From Candidatus Hadarchaeota archaeon (GTDB taxonomy: Archaea; Hadarchaeota; Hadarchaeia; Hadarchaeales; JAGGTB01), in the NCBI GenBank assembly GCA_964384105.1, contig CAYLJV010000001.1:160001-224000 (forward strand): a stretch of 64,000 nt of DNA, read 5' to 3'. The notes below the pieces were generated by a model. It was given only the letters and a program-made list of their open reading frames with translations. It did not search any database and was not told the DNA's origin. The position numbers were made by a program, and so were the translations under genes. Of the stretch, positions 60,112-64,000 are shown in pieces. Positions within the stretch are counted from its first letter, which is position 1, and every line of letters starts with the position of its first letter.

Positions 60112-60666
60112 TTAAGATTCTATTTCTTCTAGTAATTTTTTAACAATAGGAAATTCTTCTTGATACTTTTCTATATCTTCTTTTACGGTTTCCCATATTT
60201 CCTTGATCTTTTTGGATTGTATCCCTCTCTGGAATAGATATTTTGCTTCGATAAGAATAGAAAATTTATCTGCTAAGTGAACTAGTTTTGATTCCTTTGT
60301 TTTTGAGTCAGAGTATTCTTTCCACAGGTTTAGGTATTCCTCTCTGTTAGGTATATCCTTGACAATTATGTTTTCTATGACATTTTCTTCAATGTTTCTT
60401 TTGACTTCTTTTCCGATTTGTTCTGTAACCTCTTTTGAAAAGTCTCCGATTACAGCTTCCGCCCAGTCGTGGAGAACAGACATTTTCAAAGCTCTTTCGA
60501 TATCTATTTTTCCATCTATCGAGTCTGAAAGTATCATGGTAATTGCTGTGGTCTCGAAAGAGTGTTGGGCTACGTCCTCTGCTTCTGAAGGAGCGGCCCC
60601 GCTTTCTAGCCAGCCCATTCTCGGGACTCTTTTTAATGAATTTATCTTCTTTAGAAAATCATACAA
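60112..60666 (-). CDS. HD family hydrolase (YfbR/HDDC2-like)
   Basis: LKRVPRMGW, EDVAQHS, LHDWAEAVIGD, ADK. Confidence 0.9.
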   Translation of the reverse strand: MYDFLKKINSLKRVPRMGWLESGAAPSEAEDVAQHSFETTAITMILSDSIDGKIDIERALKMSVLHDWAEAVIGDFSKEVTEQIGKEVKRNIEENVIENIIVKDIPNREEYLNLWKEYSDSKTKESKLVHLADKFSILIEAKYLFQRGIQSKKIKEIWETVKEDIEKYQEEFPIVKKLLEEIES

Positions 60667-60819
60667 ACTATCGGTCCCTTCTCTTTTCTTTTGGAAAGTT
60701 TATTATGTCTATTAATTAATTGTATCTATTTTGCTTCCAAATGGTTTAATAGACCGGATTTGAGTTTAAATAAGTAGAAGTTTTAAGTTGAGATTGATAA
60801 TCATCAGAGAGGAAGTAAA

Positions 60820-61227
60820 ATGCATGAGTGGGCTCTAGCAGAAGGTGTGATTAATACAGCTATAGAAGTGGCTGAAGAAAATGATGCCAAGGAAATCATT
60901 GAAATAAAGATAAAAGTTGGGAGTCTTCAGCAGGTGGATCGAGAAGCTTTCGAATTTGCGCTCAAAGAAATTTCTAGAGAAACTATGGCTGAAAATAGTA
61001 GGAAAAATATTATTATCGAAAATGCAGTTTTAAAATGTCGTACTTGTGGAGAAGTTTGGGAACACGATAAGACGAAAGAAAATCTATCTGAAGAAGAGAC
61101 TGAATCGATCCATTTTATCCCTGACTTGGCTCATACTTACATTCGCTGTCCTGAATGTAATAGCCCGGATTTCAAAATCGAAAGCGGGCGTGGCGTATGG
61201 ATAGAATCCGTGGAATTGGAAGGGTGA
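60820..61227 (+). CDS. hypA: Hydrogenase nickel incorporation protein HypA
   Basis: MHEWALA, CRTC...CPEC, GRGV. Confidence 0.95.
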   Translation: MHEWALAEGVINTAIEVAEENDAKEIIEIKIKVGSLQQVDREAFEFALKEISRETMAENSRKNIIIENAVLKCRTCGEVWEHDKTKENLSEEETESIHFIPDLAHTYIRCPECNSPDFKIESGRGVWIESVELEG

Positions 61228-61955
61228 ATCTTTTGGATCCTAGGATCAGGGTAATCAGAGACCGTCTGGATAGAGTTGACAGGCTTGTTCCTGTTGCTAG
61301 CGGGAAGGGTGGTGTTGGAAAAAGTTTGGTCGCTTCAACTACCTCTTTGATCTTATCTAGAAAAGGGTACGACGTTGGACTTTTAGATTTGGATCTTCAT
61401 GGACCATCCTCTCATGTTATACTAGGGGCCGGTAATCTTGATTTTCCTGAAGAGGATAAAGGGGTAATTCCTCCTGAGATCGATGGTATAAAATTCATGT
61501 CAACTGTTTATTATTCTAAGGATAAGCCATCTCCACTTAGAGGTGGGGATATTTCTAATGCGCTTAAAGAGATTCTTACTATAACTAGATGGGGGGATCT
61601 AGATTATCTTATTTTGGATATGCCGCCCGGTACAGGGAACGAAACCCTTGATCTTATACAGCTTATGAGAAGTGCAGAGTTCCTTTTAGTAACAACTCCC
61701 TCCAAGGTGGCACTGAGTACGGTAAGGAAACTAGTAAACATGTTACAGGAGTTGGAGGTTCTAATAGCAGGAATTATCGAGAACATGAAAACTGATAGCT
61801 CACCATCAATTGAAGAGGAGATCGAGAGTTTGGATATAGCTTATCTTGGTGAAATATGGTACGATAGTAATCTTGAGAAAGCTATAGGTGAGCCAAAAAA
61901 ACTTCTTGAAACAGATTTTGCTAGAGAATTGGAAAAAACACTTCCTTATTTTTAA
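61224..61955 (+). CDS. Mrp/NBP35 family P-loop ATPase
   Basis: DPR, SGKGGVGKS, DLDLHGPS, DMPPGTG, ENM; follows hypA. Confidence 0.92.
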   Translation: MNLLDPRIRVIRDRLDRVDRLVPVASGKGGVGKSLVASTTSLILSRKGYDVGLLDLDLHGPSSHVILGAGNLDFPEEDKGVIPPEIDGIKFMSTVYYSKDKPSPLRGGDISNALKEILTITRWGDLDYLILDMPPGTGNETLDLIQLMRSAEFLLVTTPSKVALSTVRKLVNMLQELEVLIAGIIENMKTDSSPSIEEEIESLDIAYLGEIWYDSNLEKAIGEPKKLLETDFARELEKTLPYF

Positions 61956-61982
61956 CTTGGATAGGGGAGTTTTCAGTCTTTT

Positions 61983-62396
61983 TTAAAGTTCGGCAGGTGA
62001 GGTCATCACTAATTTTCCGTGTTTAACACCTTTTCTACTGATTAGCTTATCTGAGGTTTCTTTAACTTCCTTAGCTTTTCCTTTTATTGCTATGATCTCC
62101 ATACAGTTGTGTTTATCAAGATGCAGATGCATGCTAGAAAGAACTTTCGCTTCTGCGCTGTGCTGGAGGTCTGTTAGCTCGTCTGATATTCCACTTACAT
62201 CGTGGTCATAGATTAATGTTAAAGACCCAATTATCTGTTCATTTGGATCCTTCCATTCTTCCTCTACTAAGAAGTCCCTTATCAAGTCTCTAATTGCCTC
62301 AGATCTGTTTGTGTACATTCTTTCTTCGATTTTTTTATCGAATTTTTTGAGCAGCTCCGAGGATATTGATACTCCAAATCTTTTTGCATATTCCAT
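61983..62396 (-). CDS. nikR: Nickel-responsive regulator NikR
   Basis: [38 protein letters not shown]. Confidence 0.97.
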   Translation of the reverse strand: MEYAKRFGVSISSELLKKFDKKIEERMYTNRSEAIRDLIRDFLVEEEWKDPNEQIIGSLTLIYDHDVSGISDELTDLQHSAEAKVLSSMHLHLDKHNCMEIIAIKGKAKEVKETSDKLISRKGVKHGKLVMTSPAEL

Positions 62397-62460
62397 GTTG
62401 AATCCCAATTGAATTTCAGCTGGCTGATTTATTTTATTTTCGCGTTTAGAATTAGTTTTT

Positions 62461-62556
62461 TGATACTAAATAATATTTTAGTGTAACTTTCGTGTTACTT
62501 TTTTTTAATAGGTGCGAAAAATTTATATGGTATTACAAATATTTTCTTAGTGTTAC
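62461..62556. promoter_or_regulatory. Putative NikR operator(s) between divergent nikR and fmdE-like gene
   Basis: GTATTAC-N13-GTGTTAC at 62530-62556; related half-sites at 62461-62466, 62481-62487 and 62492-62498. Confidence 0.5.
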
Positions 62557-62565
62557 ACTTGAAAT

Positions 62566-63282
62566 ATGCTGCTGATAAATATGAAAAATTTTCAAAACCC
62601 CCGGGAAAAAATACATACTTGGATTAAATCCGAAAATATTGAGGCGTTACTTTTAGAATCGGCTAAATTACATGGGCATGTTTGCCCCTTTCTTACTCTT
62701 GGAGTTCGAGGTAGTGTAGTGGCTGCGAAAAACTTGGATGTTGTAAATCGAGGCATGGAGGATATACTTGCGGTTATAGAAACAAATAACTGTTTTTCCG
62801 ATGGGGTTCAGTATGTTACAGGCTGTACGTTTGGAAATAACTCTTTGATTTACAGGGATTATGGAAAAACCGCATTTACGTTTTTGAGACGAGGTGCTGA
62901 AGGAATTCGGATATCAGTTAAACCTGATTTCGGAGATTATTTAGAGGACTCCTATCCTTCGTATTCAGAATTGTTCGAGAAGGTTGTAGCAGAGAGAAAT
63001 GGGAATAAGAAAGATCGCGAGAAGTTAATGAAATATGCTATTCAAATTTCACGAGAAATTATTGAGGTTGATTTTAATGAGATTTTTAGAATGGAGAATG
63101 CGGATCCAGAGATACCGGATTACGCGCCTATTTTTGAGAATCGAATATGTTCAAGCTGTGGAGAAAATGTTATGGCTTCACGGGTTCTTGAGAACGAAGA
63201 TAAAAATTTGTGTATTTCCTGTGCGAATGCGGATTTCTATGAGTTAAATGGGGATGGAATCGAGAAAAAGGAGGTTCAATAA
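62566..63282 (+). CDS. FmdE family protein with C-terminal zinc finger
   Basis: HGHVCP, ETNNCFSDGVQ..TGCTFG, CSSCGE...CISC. Confidence 0.92.
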   Translation: MLLINMKNFQNPREKIHTWIKSENIEALLLESAKLHGHVCPFLTLGVRGSVVAAKNLDVVNRGMEDILAVIETNNCFSDGVQYVTGCTFGNNSLIYRDYGKTAFTFLRRGAEGIRISVKPDFGDYLEDSYPSYSELFEKVVAERNGNKKDREKLMKYAIQISREIIEVDFNEIFRMENADPEIPDYAPIFENRICSSCGENVMASRVLENEDKNLCISCANADFYELNGDGIEKKEVQ

Positions 63283-64000
63283 TTGAATAGAAAACTTCTT
63301 CTTTTTCCAATTATCGCTCTAGTCTTAGTAACTTTGATGAGTCCATGGTTATTGGGTTCTGATGGAAATGTTGAAGGTCAGGAGAAGATTAAGATTACGG
63401 ATATGTCGGGAAGGACGGTCTATGTTCCTAGGGAGATAAAAAAGGTCGTAGGTATTGAGGCGGGTTCTCTGAGGTTGATTGCTTATCTTAACGATACTGA
63501 AAAGGTGGTGGGAATAGAGGATTTTGAGAAGAGAGATCAAACCGGTAGACCGTATATAGTTGCACATCCTGAACTTTTGGATCGGCCATCGATAGGACCC
63601 ATACATGGCGGAACTCCTGAGTTAATAGCTTCCAGGGAGCCGGACGTAGTTTTTTGGACGTATACAACTGCTGGTAAAGCCGATGATTTGCAGCAGAAGA
63701 TTGGTATACCTGTGATCGTCTTGGATTATGGGGACCTCGGACATAATAGAAGTAATTTTTACGAATCGCTTAATTTAATGGGAAACGTACTGGGGAGTGA
63801 GGATCGAGTCGAGGAACTAGTTTCGTTCATAGATGATACTATAGAAGATCTAAATGAGAGAACAGAGAATATTTCGAGGGAGAATAAACCTAGAGTATAT
63901 GTTGGAGGAGTAGGTTACAGAGGTGCTCACGGGATCGTATCTACTGAGCCAGCTTATGAGCCCTTCTCTTTTGTCAATGCTAGAAACGTCGCTAGTGGAC
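63283..64000 (+). CDS. Iron/metal-chelate ABC transporter substrate-binding protein (runs off the window end)
   Basis: TTG after SD GGAGG; signal peptide, then ITDMSGRTVYVP..IKKVVG...GSLRLIAYL...RPYIVAHPEL...EPDVVF. Confidence 0.88.
   Translation, partial: MNRKLLLFPIIALVLVTLMSPWLLGSDGNVEGQEKIKITDMSGRTVYVPREIKKVVGIEAGSLRLIAYLNDTEKVVGIEDFEKRDQTGRPYIVAHPELLDRPSIGPIHGGTPELIASREPDVVFWTYTTAGKADDLQQKIGIPVIVLDYGDLGHNRSNFYESLNLMGNVLGSEDRVEELVSFIDDTIEDLNERTENISRENKPRVYVGGVGYRGAHGIVSTEPAYEPFSFVNARNVASG

Noticed and set aside
1-64000. CRISPR array, rRNA, intact transposase, and the many short antisense ORFs in the track
   Set aside because: No regularly spaced repeats, rRNA-like tracts or transposase motifs seen; the short ORFs overlap well-supported genes and lack motifs.

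Overview
Archaeal chromosome segment. Markers include aEF-2 with the diphthamide loop, rpS8e, L10e, aNAC, Trm1, NucS and archaeal PheS/PheT; the acidic Glu/Lys-rich proteins would fit a brine lineage such as MSBL1/Hadarchaeota, though that placement is inference only. Most of the window is housekeeping: carAB, smc-scpA-scpB, pheST, adk, thiL, EF-2, acs, hydrogenase maturation and NikR/metal uptake, an ECF transporter, a divergent gcvPA/PB pair and an arsenic-resistance cluster. There are two tRNA genes, Gly-CCC and Leu-CAG. Main unusual signals: (1) the RNase HII gene is broken inside its catalytic DEAGRGP motif by a 32-nt insert that folds into a bulge-helix-bulge and whose predicted splicing restores frame and motif exactly, i.e. 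a likely tRNA-endonuclease-spliced mRNA intron outside cbf5; (2) a 773-aa SMC with intact heads but no hinge or zinc hook, still in an operon with ScpA/ScpB; (3) a ~290-nt structured, pseudoknot-rich intergenic element behind rnhB, a candidate ncRNA; (4) a 1.6-kb split-integrase element carrying Fic-HTH in the 5' half of tRNA-Gly, with a second decayed intN-like remnant at tRNA-Leu; (5) probable ATA/ATT start codons. All calls come from reading motifs by eye; no searches or folding programs were run.
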